Source: a virus (taxonomy: Duplodnaviria; Heunggongvirae; Uroviricota; Caudoviricetes). Taken from it: 64,000 bases of DNA. The translations under genes and the position numbers were made by a program. Of the stretch, positions 32,782-42,385 are shown piece after piece; within the stretch, counting starts at the first letter, position 1; every line of letters begins with the position of its first letter. The notes under the pieces are model-generated. The model did not search any database. It worked only from the letters and a program-made list of their open reading frames with translations, and was not told the origin of the DNA. The stretch lies in IMG/VR virus record IMGVR_UViG_2645727948_000011; one strand, written 5' to 3'.

Positions 32782-33825
32782 TTATCTAACGCTCGACGAG
32801 TGACTTGTGATAGCGCCGACTCCAAGCGCGTAATCAAAGAACAATCGTTGATGCATCGCCAGCCTACCGTGCGTCTTCTCCCAATTATCGCGGTCACGCT
32901 CAATATCACGCTGGCATGACTGGCACAGAGGAATAGCATAAATGTCATGCGCGCATAATCGACTATGACGAACGATATAAGGCGTAATGTGAGCGCCAGC
33001 TCCCGCAGCTCCACAGCCACAGCATGGACGGGAAGCCACAAAGTCCATGTACTCGGGCAATTTTAGCGATTGAAGTTTTGGTATTTTGAAATGCGCCATA
33101 CCTGGGTCGGAGTCAACATCCACAGGGCATACTTTTGCACGCATCGGCGCGGCGCGTTCTTCCATCATCTGAACATATGCTGTAGCGCGATCGTCATACG
33201 GGCGAATATCCGCCTCTTTCAGAGGTCCGCTATCCTGCGGAGTAGCCTTCATCTTATTTATTGATATGCGGCAGACTTCTTCCGGCATCAGGTGCATCAT
33301 GTTGCGCATGAAAGCCCACCAGCACAGCTCCTGAATACTTAAATCATGGCTATTTGAAAGGCCCATTTCCTGACGGGCGACATCCAGTATCCAGTTAACG
33401 CGATTATTGTGCAGCGTTTCTTTCAGCTCATTAAAACCACGCATCCGGTAATGGTTATCGTGATGCCAGCACAACAACACCGCGCTATTGTCTCGTTCAG
33501 CGTGGACAATATGGTTGTCACACCAACTACGATCTGCGGCCTGGCATTGACCCTCTTTCCTACGCAACCACGCCACCAGCGCGTCAATTCCACCAATACG
33601 GCGAAACAGTTCATCGCTGTTAAAAAACGGCTGCAACGCCTCATTTGTTGCCATGGTTTGCTCGGTAACAACGAGGCCGTCTTCCATGTGCTCGATTAAC
33701 TCACGCGGCACCGGCTCCATGATAAATTTACGGCCAGCCTCCACCAGTTTTCTGACCTCCTGATCCACTTTGAACGTGGCGAGGCCAAGCTCTTTCTGTA
33801 CAAAGGGAGTAATTACGGCTTTCAC
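32782..33825 (-). CDS. PdcB-like protein (post-doc, positional)
   Basis: 347-aa Cys/His-rich ORF downstream of doc. Confidence 0.5.
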   Translation of the reverse strand: MKAVITPFVQKELGLATFKVDQEVRKLVEAGRKFIMEPVPRELIEHMEDGLVVTEQTMATNEALQPFFNSDELFRRIGGIDALVAWLRRKEGQCQAADRSWCDNHIVHAERDNSAVLLCWHHDNHYRMRGFNELKETLHNNRVNWILDVARQEMGLSNSHDLSIQELCWWAFMRNMMHLMPEEVCRISINKMKATPQDSGPLKEADIRPYDDRATAYVQMMEERAAPMRAKVCPVDVDSDPGMAHFKIPKLQSLKLPEYMDFVASRPCCGCGAAGAGAHITPYIVRHSRLCAHDIYAIPLCQSCQRDIERDRDNWEKTHGRLAMHQRLFFDYALGVGAITSHSSSVR

Positions 33826-33852
33826 ATCACACCTTTAATCACTGATTGGGCT

Positions 33853-34053
33853 TTATCTGCTGCCCGGCATTCTCTGTTTAAGCACAACCATTTCCTGACG
33901 GCATAACACAGCAATAGCGGTCCTGACTCCAATTTGCTTACCAACCAGGTATTGCTTTACCTTGCGGCGACTCACGCCATCAAGAAGCATCTTTAACGCT
34001 TCACGGGACAATTTGTTGTATTTGCGTGCCATTAATCTACTCCGCAGAACCAT
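33853..34053 (-). CDS. PdcA-like small protein (positional)
   Basis: 66-aa basic ORF overlapping the doc 3' end. Confidence 0.4.
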   Translation of the reverse strand: MVLRSRLMARKYNKLSREALKMLLDGVSRRKVKQYLVGKQIGVRTAIAVLCRQEMVVLKQRMPGSR

Positions 34054-34417
34054 ACAATCTACGTAACGTGTCGGCGACAGAAGATACAGATATCTCGCCA
34101 GTCGCAGCGCCTACAGTAAGGTCTGCCAGTTCAGGTGAATCAAATACCTGCACCCCGTTACGGCGTAGAAATAGCAGCGCACTGTTTAGCGCGGTACGCT
34201 TATTGGCATCATTGAATATATGCCCTCTCGCTGTAGCCACCAGGTAGGTGGCGGAGACTTCGAAAAGGTCGGTGATCTCTTCGTAGGCAACTCTGGCCTG
34301 AACTCTCCCGATAATGGCCTCTGCCCTACCCGGATCTGACATGCCAGGCAGGCCGCCGTAGCGGCTTATATTCGCATCATGAAGCGCAACAAGTTCTTCC
34401 GGTGATATATGTCTCAT
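34037..34417 (-). CDS. doc: Doc toxin (Fic-fold kinase)
   Basis: 126 aa, [47 protein letters not shown]...[11 protein letters not shown] (Fic-like motif). Confidence 0.95.
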   Translation of the reverse strand: MRHISPEELVALHDANISRYGGLPGMSDPGRAEAIIGRVQARVAYEEITDLFEVSATYLVATARGHIFNDANKRTALNSALLFLRRNGVQVFDSPELADLTVGAATGEISVSSVADTLRRLYGSAE

Positions 34418-34638
34418 TATCGGTTAACCAGTTCCTTGTTGGTGGAGTCCAGGGTGTCAAACAGGGATGCAAATTCAGCATCCAGCGCCGCTTTTTTGTA
34501 GGCTTCGAAAGTAGCCTTGCTGACAATTACTGCTGGCTCACGGCCTCTGCGGGTGATTTCAACCTCTTCCCCGGCTTCAACATTGTTGAGCACTTCAGAA
34601 AGGTTGCCGCGCGCGGTACGGAAGTTAATGGATTGCAT
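34417..34638 (-). CDS. phd: Phd antitoxin
   Basis: 73 aa from ATG at 34636-34638, [32 protein letters not shown]...; 1-nt overlap with doc. Confidence 0.95.
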   Translation of the reverse strand: MQSINFRTARGNLSEVLNNVEAGEEVEITRRGREPAVIVSKATFEAYKKAALDAEFASLFDTLDSTNKELVNR

Positions 34639-34710
34639 AAACACCTCGTGTACTCGTTATGTGTACGCAATTATAAACTTCACAGGCATAAAGCACCAGC
34701 ACTTTGCAGC

Positions 34711-35100
34711 TTAAATAACCGGACAATCATCAAATTCCCCACTTCGGGCATCATTGATGACATGAGTGATCACACCAAAAACAGCATTACTGCCCGTGTA
34801 TCCATCGTCATCTACTGGTAACGCCTCTTTCTTCCCGGTGCTTAAGTCCTCCAGGTGCTGGCGCGGATACTTCCTGTATCTCTTTATGCGATATTCACCC
34901 TCCATAGCGCACACAAGCAGAGAACCATCAACCGGAGTAAGCGAGGAATCAACCACCAGCAAAGCACCCTGCAATATTCCCTCACGGTGATGGCTATCAG
35001 CTGCCCGCATGAAGTAGGTCGCTGAAGGATGTCTAATTATCTGCTGATCAAGAGAAATTCGGCTTTCAACATAATCCGCCGCAGGAGAAGGGAAGCCCAT
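34711..35100 (-). CDS. humD: HumD, UmuD'-like S24 peptidase-fold protein
   Basis: 129 aa with LexA/UmuD-like C-terminal domain; LexA box in its promoter. Confidence 0.8.
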   Translation of the reverse strand: MGFPSPAADYVESRISLDQQIIRHPSATYFMRAADSHHREGILQGALLVVDSSLTPVDGSLLVCAMEGEYRIKRYRKYPRQHLEDLSTGKKEALPVDDDGYTGSNAVFGVITHVINDARSGEFDDCPVI

Positions 35101-35120
35101 AGCGTTTTACCTCAATGATA

Positions 35121-35136
35121 CTGTTTATTCATACAG
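35121..35136. promoter_or_regulatory. LexA (SOS) box upstream of humD
   Basis: CTGTTTATTCATACAG = CTG-N10-CAG, 21 bp upstream of the humD start. Confidence 0.75.
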
Positions 35137-35223
35137 TATACATTGAAAAGGCATAGTTTGTGAAAGCGGGGTTTGTAGGCGCGCCACGCTGGGGGCTAAT
35201 CACATTTCTCCCCCATCTTGCCG

Positions 35224-35475
35224 TTATTTTTTTGGTGCATCCTCGTTCTGATACACCGGATCGCTCCCTTTTGGCAACTGGAGGCTTAACTGCCGGTAGT
35301 GCCGTAGCCGTTCCATGAAATAGGCGCGCAGGTTTTCCGGTTGCTCACGGGCCACCTGCTCTGCAATCACAGGTATATTCAGCCGTTCTTTGTAAGCAAC
35401 GCCGCTGGCGGCAAGGTCTACGTTCACCTTGTCTCGCTCTTCCTGGCTTTTAGCTGCTATATTTCGATCTGACAC
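35224..35475 (-). CDS. hot: Hot, homologue of DNA polymerase III theta subunit
   Basis: 83 aa, [46 protein letters not shown] matches HolE-like pattern. Confidence 0.8.
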   Translation of the reverse strand: MSDRNIAAKSQEERDKVNVDLAASGVAYKERLNIPVIAEQVAREQPENLRAYFMERLRHYRQLSLQLPKGSDPVYQNEDAPKK

Positions 35476-35507
35476 AAGAAACCTCCAGGAGTTAGTGGAT
35501 CAGGCAC

Positions 35508-35858
35508 ATGCACAATAACGTTCTCAATGTTAGCCGTTCAATTCAGACAATCAGAGACTGCACCAGTGTGGTGGCATCAATCCCATTGCGGAACAGCATA
35601 GACGAACTGCAAATTCGTGTATTGAATCCGAATCAGGCTAATAAGCAATTGCGCTTTATTTTGACGCTGAAAAGTGAAACAGAGGGGATAAAGCACAGCG
35701 TAAAAGTGTTTTCTGAGGCCATTCTGCTTAATGGGAAGCTCCGGCATCTGGTAAGGCCAGAACGTCAATATCCTGACGTCCTGGCGCGTGAAAAAGACCT
35801 TCTTTCTGAAGTTCAGGATAGGGTGATCGATTTCGTCAAATGCTATCCCCTGCATTGA
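35508..35858 (+). CDS. hypothetical protein, only plus-strand ORF in this minus-strand block
   Basis: 116-aa ORF with balanced composition; competing minus-strand ORF 35577..35855 looks less protein-like. Confidence 0.4.
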   Translation: MHNNVLNVSRSIQTIRDCTSVVASIPLRNSIDELQIRVLNPNQANKQLRFILTLKSETEGIKHSVKVFSEAILLNGKLRHLVRPERQYPDVLAREKDLLSEVQDRVIDFVKCYPLH

Positions 35859-36127
35859 GGGCAGGTGTTCCCTTCCGCAAAGTAGGGAAAATTGCTATCA
35901 AGTTCATCACACCATCTGCGATGGTCGTAGCACCAAAACGCCTCCCACGGTGCACGGAAATACTTCATCCACCAGGACACTCGATCAGGTATATCTGCTG
36001 GTGGCAGTTCTTCTGGCAATAATTTGCCTGATAATTCCCTTTCCGCCCGCGCCAGCATTCCTTTTAGACTCGCATTCTCTTTTTCAAGAATCTCTATGCG
36101 CGCCTGTAACTCAGCTTTCGTTGGCAT
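35843..36127 (-). CDS. hypothetical protein with C-terminal CxxC motif
   Basis: 94 aa from ATG at 36125-36127 (MPTKAELQARIEILEKENASLK, coiled coil); ends ...TCPQCRG. Confidence 0.5.
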   Translation of the reverse strand: MPTKAELQARIEILEKENASLKGMLARAERELSGKLLPEELPPADIPDRVSWWMKYFRAPWEAFWCYDHRRWCDELDSNFPYFAEGNTCPQCRG

Positions 36128-36761
36128 GGCCCGCCTCATGCTTATCAGCCACCAGCGGCAATAAAGCCCTGGCCATCTTATGAACCAATAGTGCATCAAT
36201 AATGCCAAGCGTATGCCCCGGCTTAATGTTTAATGCCGCCTCAAGGTGACACCTTTCCAGGCCACTTTTCTCGGCTTGTTTATGATGATCTGGCGTAATA
36301 ACGTCGCCCAAAACACGGCTAATTTTTTCTCGTAATTGCTGGGTGCCAGCACACTTGATCGCTGTATCGTGGATGCGGTTAACCAGTTCGCGATAAACAT
36401 GCGGCTTAATTCGGATACGTTCACCGGTGACGCCCTTTCCTGGCGCTGGCACCGAACTATCCGGAATATCCGGATAGTTGCCAGCCTCGTAAGCTACCCG
36501 CAGCCAGTGCATGAATGTTTCAGTGGACACACAACCACAGTCCACATCGATTTTCCCGCGTTGCTGTTCCAGCCAATGCTCAAAATTCAATCTACACGTA
36601 TTACTTTCATGTTGCTCTTTTTGTCTCAAGGCCAGCATCTGCTGGGCTATTTCCAATACTTCATCTGCCGTATATCCAGCACCGTGACCATACATTTCGA
36701 TACGGGAAATAATCTCTGATATACGCTCTTCAGTGATTCTGGTCATTTCTTTTTGCGCCAT
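36111..36761 (-). CDS. hypothetical protein
   Basis: 216-aa ORF in the operon. Confidence 0.55.
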   Translation of the reverse strand: MAQKEMTRITEERISEIISRIEMYGHGAGYTADEVLEIAQQMLALRQKEQHESNTCRLNFEHWLEQQRGKIDVDCGCVSTETFMHWLRVAYEAGNYPDIPDSSVPAPGKGVTGERIRIKPHVYRELVNRIHDTAIKCAGTQQLREKISRVLGDVITPDHHKQAEKSGLERCHLEAALNIKPGHTLGIIDALLVHKMARALLPLVADKHEAGHANES

Positions 36762-37117
36762 TTCTTTTCACATTCCTTAGTCCATTTTTCAATGTTCATT
36801 TTGGCAATATCAGTCATTCCATCACCTAAGAAATACTTTTTCCGGTATGTCTTGCACTTAAACCACACTACAACAGCCACCAGCCAGAAAATAAAAGGCC
36901 ATACAGCAATACCAACGACAGCCGCGATAAAGCCCAATAGCCATAAATGAAGCTCTCCAACTTCTGTTTCCGGCAATATTCTTAAAGAATTAAACAGCAG
37001 GCTGAACGAATGGTCGTATGCATTGGCAGTATAAGACATGCAATCCATATAATTAAAGTCATAGCCTGCGGCTGCCGCCCATAATGGGCGGTCAAGAAAA
37101 TGTTTTAGTGTCATCAT
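36743..37117 (-). CDS. small membrane protein (two TM segments, Lys-rich tail)
   Basis: 124 aa, LHLWLLGFIAAVVGIAVWPFIFWLVAVVVWF then KKWRKKK; AT-rich. Confidence 0.5.
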   Translation of the reverse strand: MMTLKHFLDRPLWAAAAGYDFNYMDCMSYTANAYDHSFSLLFNSLRILPETEVGELHLWLLGFIAAVVGIAVWPFIFWLVAVVVWFKCKTYRKKYFLGDGMTDIAKMNIEKWTKECEKKWRKKK

Positions 37118-37123
37118 ATAAAT

Positions 37124-37504
37124 TTAAGGTTCAGACCAGTTATCTTCAATAGCAATGCTTAATCTTTGTAGCCATTCTGCTAATTTCAGCATTGCTTCTC
37201 TTTCGCTTAAACCACGAGGAAAATCATCAAGCGAAATTGTTGGCTTGAAGCCCCCGTAATTATCCATTTCAACAGTCAGATTTTGCTCCAGCACGGTATT
37301 CCTTACGCGGCTATTGTGCCGAAGCAAATATACTGAACGTGATTTATTGGTTTTATGGTCAAACTGATATTCGGTAAGTATCATCTGGCTTTTGCCATGA
37401 CTATTACCTCTCCACATACTTACCTCACTTAATAAAACAACTCCATACGTAGTTGATGATTCTCCCCCACGTAATATAAATATGCACTCCAGCAGAAAAA
37501 CCAA
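37124..37504 (-). CDS. hypothetical protein; probable true start at ATG 37417 (97 aa)
   Basis: ORF-track 126 aa; GAGG RBS precedes internal MWRGNSHGK; the N-terminal 28 codons overlap a 39-aa hydrophobic ORF in another frame. Confidence 0.45.
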   Translation of the reverse strand: MVFLLECIFILRGGESSTTYGVVLLSEVSMWRGNSHGKSQMILTEYQFDHKTNKSRSVYLLRHNSRVRNTVLEQNLTVEMDNYGGFKPTISLDDFPRGLSEREAMLKLAEWLQRLSIAIEDNWSEP

Positions 37505-37595
37505 AACCTACAATTACTGAAAAAATCAAAACATTTACTTTTGACATTATAAATTTTCTCTCGGTGTCGTAGGTGATAGCACCATAATTGATAAT

Positions 37596-37847
37596 TTAGT
37601 GAGTTAGCAGTTCCATTTTTTGGATGATTTCCGCATGAGCATCATCGTTATCAACACTTAACTCGTTTAATGCCTCTCGCACCACATCAACTTCTTCTGG
37701 TTGGAAGAAATCATCTCGGTAGTCACCAAATAGAACCGAAACAAGCCTGCCACCAGCAACATCAAGATTGGCGCTAACAGGTGGCTCTTTGCCATCCTCA
37801 AATTCGACTACAAAAGTTATTTTTCCCATCGTTACCACCAGCGACAA
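37596..37847 (-). CDS. hypothetical acidic protein
   Basis: 83-aa ORF. Confidence 0.45.
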   Translation of the reverse strand: MSLVVTMGKITFVVEFEDGKEPPVSANLDVAGGRLVSVLFGDYRDDFFQPEEVDVVREALNELSVDNDDAHAEIIQKMELLTH

Positions 37848-37914
37848 ATTGAATACAAACCCAGTGCTGCCGCCATCACAATTCCTACCGTTGCGAATGC
37901 TTCAGGCCAGCTCA

Positions 37915-38247
37915 TTATCTCACCTCCAGTCTCCATACCGCCTGACCAATCCGGCTGGCATGGGTATCTTTGGATACTGTTCCGTCTTTAGCCATCTCCA
38001 TAAGAATTTTGCGCAAATCTGCCGAACGCCATTCTTCATCAGGAAATTCCTTCTCCATTGCCAACCGCAGATTCCAGGTTGCCATCCTGAATGGATATTC
38101 CCCGCCGAGAGCTTTATCTTGCAGGGCAGCCCGGGAACGCATCACCTGCAAAACCTTCTCTTTTACATTCATCATTTCGCCTCCTGCGGCGGTTCTGGTA
38201 GCGGCATCCAGTGTGACGGTTTCCACGACGCACCAGGAATTATCCAA
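37915..38247 (-). CDS. hypothetical protein
   Basis: 110-aa ORF. Confidence 0.45.
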   Translation of the reverse strand: MDNSWCVVETVTLDAATRTAAGGEMMNVKEKVLQVMRSRAALQDKALGGEYPFRMATWNLRLAMEKEFPDEEWRSADLRKILMEMAKDGTVSKDTHASRIGQAVWRLEVR

Positions 38248-39068
38248 CCATCATTAGCGTCAGGATACCCCGGTATGTAAGTCGCCCATTTCATTCGCCA
38301 GTCACCTTTCCTATCAAACTCCCTGGCAACAAGAACGGCTGTTTTGCTATCCGGCATTCGCTCACTACAGCTTATCCAACCATCCGGAGTTACCGGAACT
38401 TGCGGAATGGCTGTCTGCTCTCGAACGTCATTAGGCGCTATAGGTTCTGCTGCCAACTGACTGGCATATTTGTTAATGGTAACGATAAGCTCTTGCTCAG
38501 CCTCATCCAGACAATCACCGATACCTCGCCTGTCACCGTCAAAATCATCGAAATCGGCACGAATCTTGGCAACCTTCAAGATTGCGGACAACACCTCACT
38601 AGGAATTACCGGATAGTTGGTTGACGTTTCCGCGATTTCCCGAAAATTATTGGTTGACGAATTCTTGCTTTCCCGAAAGTTTCCGGACTGAAGCATGGCG
38701 GTGCGGCAGGCGTTCCATATTTCGGCAGCAATATCGCGCTCGCTATCGGTTAATTTGTACGTGGAAACATAGCCAGAGAGCATTTCTACGTTTTCCGGAG
38801 TTGCTTCTTCCGGCACTACCGGCGCTGGCGGGGCGATGCGTCCAAGCAACTTATTTACCTCTTTCGCCATCGCGTCATATTTATCTAAATGGCGATTAGC
38901 TTCTAAGCAGACTCGGCGCATCTGATCTGAGTTAACTCGTTTAACTGGATCTGCTTCCAGCGATGCCAGCGCAATCCGTGCCAGTTCCATTTGTTCACCA
39001 CGGGTAAGCCCGTTTTCAAGCGGATTTTTAATGAACAATTCAATACGTTCTTTGGTAATAGTGGTCAT
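38172..39068 (-). CDS. hypothetical protein with DUF551-like C-terminus
   Basis: 298 aa; shares PPxPVVPEE and IWNACRTAMLQSG with the 39781..40176 protein; C-terminal W-rich PDGWISCSERMPD...W block. Confidence 0.55.
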   Translation of the reverse strand: MTTITKERIELFIKNPLENGLTRGEQMELARIALASLEADPVKRVNSDQMRRVCLEANRHLDKYDAMAKEVNKLLGRIAPPAPVVPEEATPENVEMLSGYVSTYKLTDSERDIAAEIWNACRTAMLQSGNFRESKNSSTNNFREIAETSTNYPVIPSEVLSAILKVAKIRADFDDFDGDRRGIGDCLDEAEQELIVTINKYASQLAAEPIAPNDVREQTAIPQVPVTPDGWISCSERMPDSKTAVLVAREFDRKGDWRMKWATYIPGYPDANDGWIIPGASWKPSHWMPLPEPPQEAK

Positions 39069-39078
39069 GTGTTACTCC

Positions 39079-39342
39079 TTAACCCGCAGTGCTTTCAACT
39101 GATGAGGGGAACAAAATCTTTTCATCAAACCCTGCATTCATATCATGAACAGCAACACACCAATCCATCGACGAACGATTATCAAGAGCCTCCATGATTT
39201 CATCCATGCGGCGTAGGTCATACAGGTAAATGCTTTTATCGCCAATGGTGTAAAAGCCAATTTTTTTCGGTGATGGACAGCGATCAAGAACTTCCTGTAA
39301 TTCGTTCAACCATGCCCGTTCTTTTTTTGTCAAAGTTGCCAT
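39079..39342 (-). CDS. hypothetical protein
   Basis: 87 aa from ATG at 39340-39342 (MATLTKKERAWLNE); abuts the upstream gene. Confidence 0.45.
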   Translation of the reverse strand: MATLTKKERAWLNELQEVLDRCPSPKKIGFYTIGDKSIYLYDLRRMDEIMEALDNRSSMDWCVAVHDMNAGFDEKILFPSSVESTAG

Positions 39343-39343
39343 A

Positions 39344-39562
39344 TCAGTTTTCCTTATACGGATTAATTTTATTGTGCAGTGTGTTGAACGACGCCCATAC
39401 CACGTCGTTATACAATTCAATAACTGGTTCAATTATTTTCCCGATTGCCCAGACAAAAATTAGCGGGGATATCGGTATCATCAACACGATAAACAGAATG
39501 AGAAACAAAAGTTCTGTCGCTCTACTTTTTCGCGGATATTCTTTTCTGAATAATGTAGGCAC
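39344..39562 (-). CDS. small membrane protein
   Basis: 72 aa, LLFLILFIVLMIPISPLIFVWAIG. Confidence 0.45.
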   Translation of the reverse strand: MPTLFRKEYPRKSRATELLFLILFIVLMIPISPLIFVWAIGKIIEPVIELYNDVVWASFNTLHNKINPYKEN

Positions 39563-39563
39563 A

Positions 39564-39821
39564 TCACTCTCCTTTGTTGCTTCTCAAAATTTTATGCCCT
39601 GGCGCAAAAGCACGCGTTTTGTCGACGCTTATTCGCCACCCATCTTTACGTGCCTCTTTTGCACAGCCAGCCCATGACGTACCGATATACTCACCGAAGT
39701 CTGGCACTGGATATACACCTTCCGTACACTGGCGGCAGTCACAATAGAGATGCATGGTGTAACTTGCGGCAATAGCCATATCACTCTCCTTTACCCTGAA
39801 GCATGGCGGCGCGGCAGGCAT
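39564..39821 (-). CDS. small Cys-rich protein
   Basis: 85 aa with CDCRQC...C pattern. Confidence 0.45.
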   Translation of the reverse strand: MPAAPPCFRVKESDMAIAASYTMHLYCDCRQCTEGVYPVPDFGEYIGTSWAGCAKEARKDGWRISVDKTRAFAPGHKILRSNKGE

Positions 39822-40176
39822 TCCAGCCTCTCACCTCTGCAATAGCGGCAACAGCATCGACCGCGTACATTTTAAGAGGGTTAGGCATTGGTTTTTCTTC
39901 AGGTACTACTGGCACTGGAGGGGCGGCATAAACAGGAATAACGTCCGCTTGCTCTTTATTACTTTCATCCGTTAAAGCCCAGAATAATTTCCCGGCCGGA
40001 TGTTTGAAAATATAAGCAACTGGTTCTGCGCTATCAGCTTCGCGCCGCTTCTGTAGCTCTGCTGCCATTGCTCTCACGACTTCAACTGGTGCCCTTGCAG
40101 CAAACTCTATGTTGGTGATCAGCTCATTAAGATATTGCTCGCTGGGATACTGTTTCTTATTGGTAATAGTGATCAT
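39781..40176 (-). CDS. hypothetical protein (paralogous module with 38172..39068)
   Basis: 131 aa; shared PPVPVVPEE and WNACRAAMLQG. Confidence 0.5.
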   Translation of the reverse strand: MITITNKKQYPSEQYLNELITNIEFAARAPVEVVRAMAAELQKRREADSAEPVAYIFKHPAGKLFWALTDESNKEQADVIPVYAAPPVPVVPEEKPMPNPLKMYAVDAVAAIAEVRGWNACRAAMLQGKGE

Positions 40177-40730
40177 GCCGCGTTTCCTTCTTTCTTATTA
40201 ACAATTACACCGTCATATATTTCATTAAGGTGCCCTCTCAACTCCATGCGCCTTAATGCAGATAACATGTAATCGCATTCAACCTGCTTATTTCCAGTAA
40301 ATGGCTTATCGTCAGGATTACCCCAACAGCAATTACCCTTGGGCCACCCATGTACTTTCCGTACTCTTCCGTTAACAACGTGAAGTAATCCCCAGCCAGG
40401 TGGTAAATCCTCAATTGAAATAATTCCAGGCTCACTAATAAAGAATCGCCAGTCGCCCATGCCAAGTGAGGGATTTTTACGGAAACGCTTTTTTCTATCT
40501 GCCAACAAGTCAGCACGAGAACACTTCGCCTCTATCAGGCATGATGCTGAATTTCTGAATCCCATAGCATCTGGCTGTTCTCCGGTACTGGTTACAGCTA
40601 TAAAGCGGTCATGAAAACAAACCTTGAACCCGTTGCGCTTAAGGAACTTGTACGCAATTTGACAGAGTTCGCGGTGTGTTAACGCCATATCACTCTCCTT
40701 TGATGCGAATGCCAGCGGCGCGGGAATCAT
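40173..40730 (-). CDS. hypothetical protein
   Basis: 185-aa ORF, 4-nt overlap downstream. Confidence 0.5.
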   Translation of the reverse strand: MIPAPLAFASKESDMALTHRELCQIAYKFLKRNGFKVCFHDRFIAVTSTGEQPDAMGFRNSASCLIEAKCSRADLLADRKKRFRKNPSLGMGDWRFFISEPGIISIEDLPPGWGLLHVVNGRVRKVHGWPKGNCCWGNPDDKPFTGNKQVECDYMLSALRRMELRGHLNEIYDGVIVNKKEGNAA

Positions 40731-41205
40731 TCCATCGCTTTACTTCTTCACGAATTACGTCAATGCATTCTTTCGAATCCATTAGGTAATCTTCATCAAA
40801 AAGACGTTCCTGTTCGTTTTCTATCGCAACAATGATTGCTTCAACTAACTTTTGTTCCTGAGAATCACTTTCTAACTCTGCTATGCGCTTACTCCCATCC
40901 GAGATAACACCTTCGTAATATTCACGCTGTTCGTTGAGTTTTGATTTTGTCTCCTCAAGCTCAACGCGCAGCTTCCCTACCGTTAGCGCAATATCCTCGT
41001 TCTCCTGATCGCGGCGTTTTATGTATTGCTGGTTTCTTTCCCGTTCATCCAGCAGTTCCAGCACAATCGATGGTGTTACCAGCTCATGGAAAAGGTCCGC
41101 GTCAAATCCCCAGTCGTCATGCATTGCCTGCTCTGCCGCCTCACGCAGTGCCTGATGGTCAATTTTGCTCACTGGTTGCCTCCTTTGCGAATCTGTTCCG
41201 CCCAT
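40690..41205 (-). CDS. hypothetical coiled-coil protein (N-terminal module shared with next gene)
   Basis: 171 aa; N-terminus QRRQPVSKIDHQALREAAEQA parallels QRRQPVSEINYRALREIAKQA of 41169..41906. Confidence 0.5.
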   Translation of the reverse strand: MGGTDSQRRQPVSKIDHQALREAAEQAMHDDWGFDADLFHELVTPSIVLELLDERERNQQYIKRRDQENEDIALTVGKLRVELEETKSKLNEQREYYEGVISDGSKRIAELESDSQEQKLVEAIIVAIENEQERLFDEDYLMDSKECIDVIREEVKRWNDSRAAGIRIKGE

Positions 41206-41906
41206 TCTTCAAGGGATTTCTCCGCATATTCACCGGACAGGCCATCAATCGGGTACGGTTCATTAGCCAACTCTTCTTTCGCTGACAGAATCATGCGCGT
41301 AACGTCGAAAACTTCACGCAAAGACTTATTGATAAATCCGTGATTGAACGCAGCAGCAAGACGGCTGGCGGTATAGTTAATCCCCTCGTTGCGTGCTTCC
41401 GCACGAATTTCAGCCAGAAAAGCATCGGTAGCTGGAGTTTCGCTGTGGTGTAGGGCATCGTTGATAATCATTGCAGCAACTCCGGCCTGCCCTGCATCCG
41501 TGACCGACACATGATCAAGAGTTACAGCCATTGCGTGTTTCAGCCCAGCGTTCTCTGCCACCAGAGCCGCGAGCTTAGTCTCAAGCGGTGCTATTCGGCA
41601 CATAGCATCAATATTTGTGTCCTCCAGGCGCTTAATTTCACCAAGTAGCTCCAGTGCAACCTTTGGGTTGAATGCGGCAATATAACGAGCGTTGTTCTCT
41701 GCGTTTTTCAGTCCATCAAAGCCGGTCCATTTGATAACGTCTTCACATCGTTTATCACCGGGCGTATGCACCGCATACGTACCAGTACCCGGCGAAATAA
41801 ATGCGACCCATTCGCCCTGTGTTGCCTGTTTTGCTATCTCACGCAGTGCCCGGTAATTAATTTCGCTCACTGGCTGCCTCCTTTGCGGAGTTGCGCTTCG
41901 ATGCAC
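41169..41906 (-). CDS. hypothetical protein
   Basis: 245-aa ORF; C-terminus ...IRKGGNQ echoed by ...LRKGGSQ of the next ORF. Confidence 0.5.
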   Translation of the reverse strand: MHRSATPQRRQPVSEINYRALREIAKQATQGEWVAFISPGTGTYAVHTPGDKRCEDVIKWTGFDGLKNAENNARYIAAFNPKVALELLGEIKRLEDTNIDAMCRIAPLETKLAALVAENAGLKHAMAVTLDHVSVTDAGQAGVAAMIINDALHHSETPATDAFLAEIRAEARNEGINYTASRLAAAFNHGFINKSLREVFDVTRMILSAKEELANEPYPIDGLSGEYAEKSLEEWAEQIRKGGNQ

Positions 41907-42106
41907 GAAAAAAAAGACTCCCGAGTATGACTGTTAAGAGCTGGTGCGAACGCCGCGTTAAGAACGGCAGCATCACAGCCGTCATCAATATAGAGCGCAA
42001 TTTTTTTCTCCAGGCGCGCTTTGGCTTGCTGCAACTGCATACCCCGGCACGCACGCGGGATATAATCAGCAATTTGAGCGATAGCTTTTTCGTTCTGTTT
42101 AAACAT
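41867..42106 (-). CDS. hypothetical small protein
   Basis: 79-aa ORF. Confidence 0.4.
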   Translation of the reverse strand: MFKQNEKAIAQIADYIPRACRGMQLQQAKARLEKKIALYIDDGCDAAVLNAAFAPALNSHTRESFFSCIEAQLRKGGSQ

Positions 42107-42302
42107 GCTTCACCTCGATAGGCTTGATGGTGTCTAACAGCAGTCGACGGCGCGTATTTTCTGCAAAGTGGCGGCGTCCGGTATCTTTGTGGTAAAACTC
42201 ATTTTTGCCGACGACCCACATCCGCTCTGTTTGGTGCAGTTTTTTTACCTGCGGCCCGTCTTTGGTGATCACGGTGCCGGTATGGGTTTTTACGATTGTC
42301 AT
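42099..42302 (-). CDS. hypothetical small basic protein
   Basis: 67-aa ORF. Confidence 0.4.
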   Translation of the reverse strand: MTIVKTHTGTVITKDGPQVKKLHQTERMWVVGKNEFYHKDTGRRHFAENTRRRLLLDTIKPIEVKHV

Positions 42303-42385
42303 GCCACTACCTCTTCGAACAGATGAACGAGACAGGCCGATGTTCGTCCACCTGAAAAACTGACGATTTGATGCATACTCACGGT

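Noticed and set aside
32727-33699. ORFs nested in or antisense to pdcB (32727..33041, 33409..33699, 33423..33671)
   Set aside because: Contained within the longer 347-aa Cys/His-rich frame that continues the operon.
35577-35855. Minus-strand ORF overlapping the plus-strand 35508..35858 gene
   Set aside because: Composition (Phe/Tyr/Leu-rich, few charged residues) looks less protein-like than the plus-strand frame; only one can reasonably be real.
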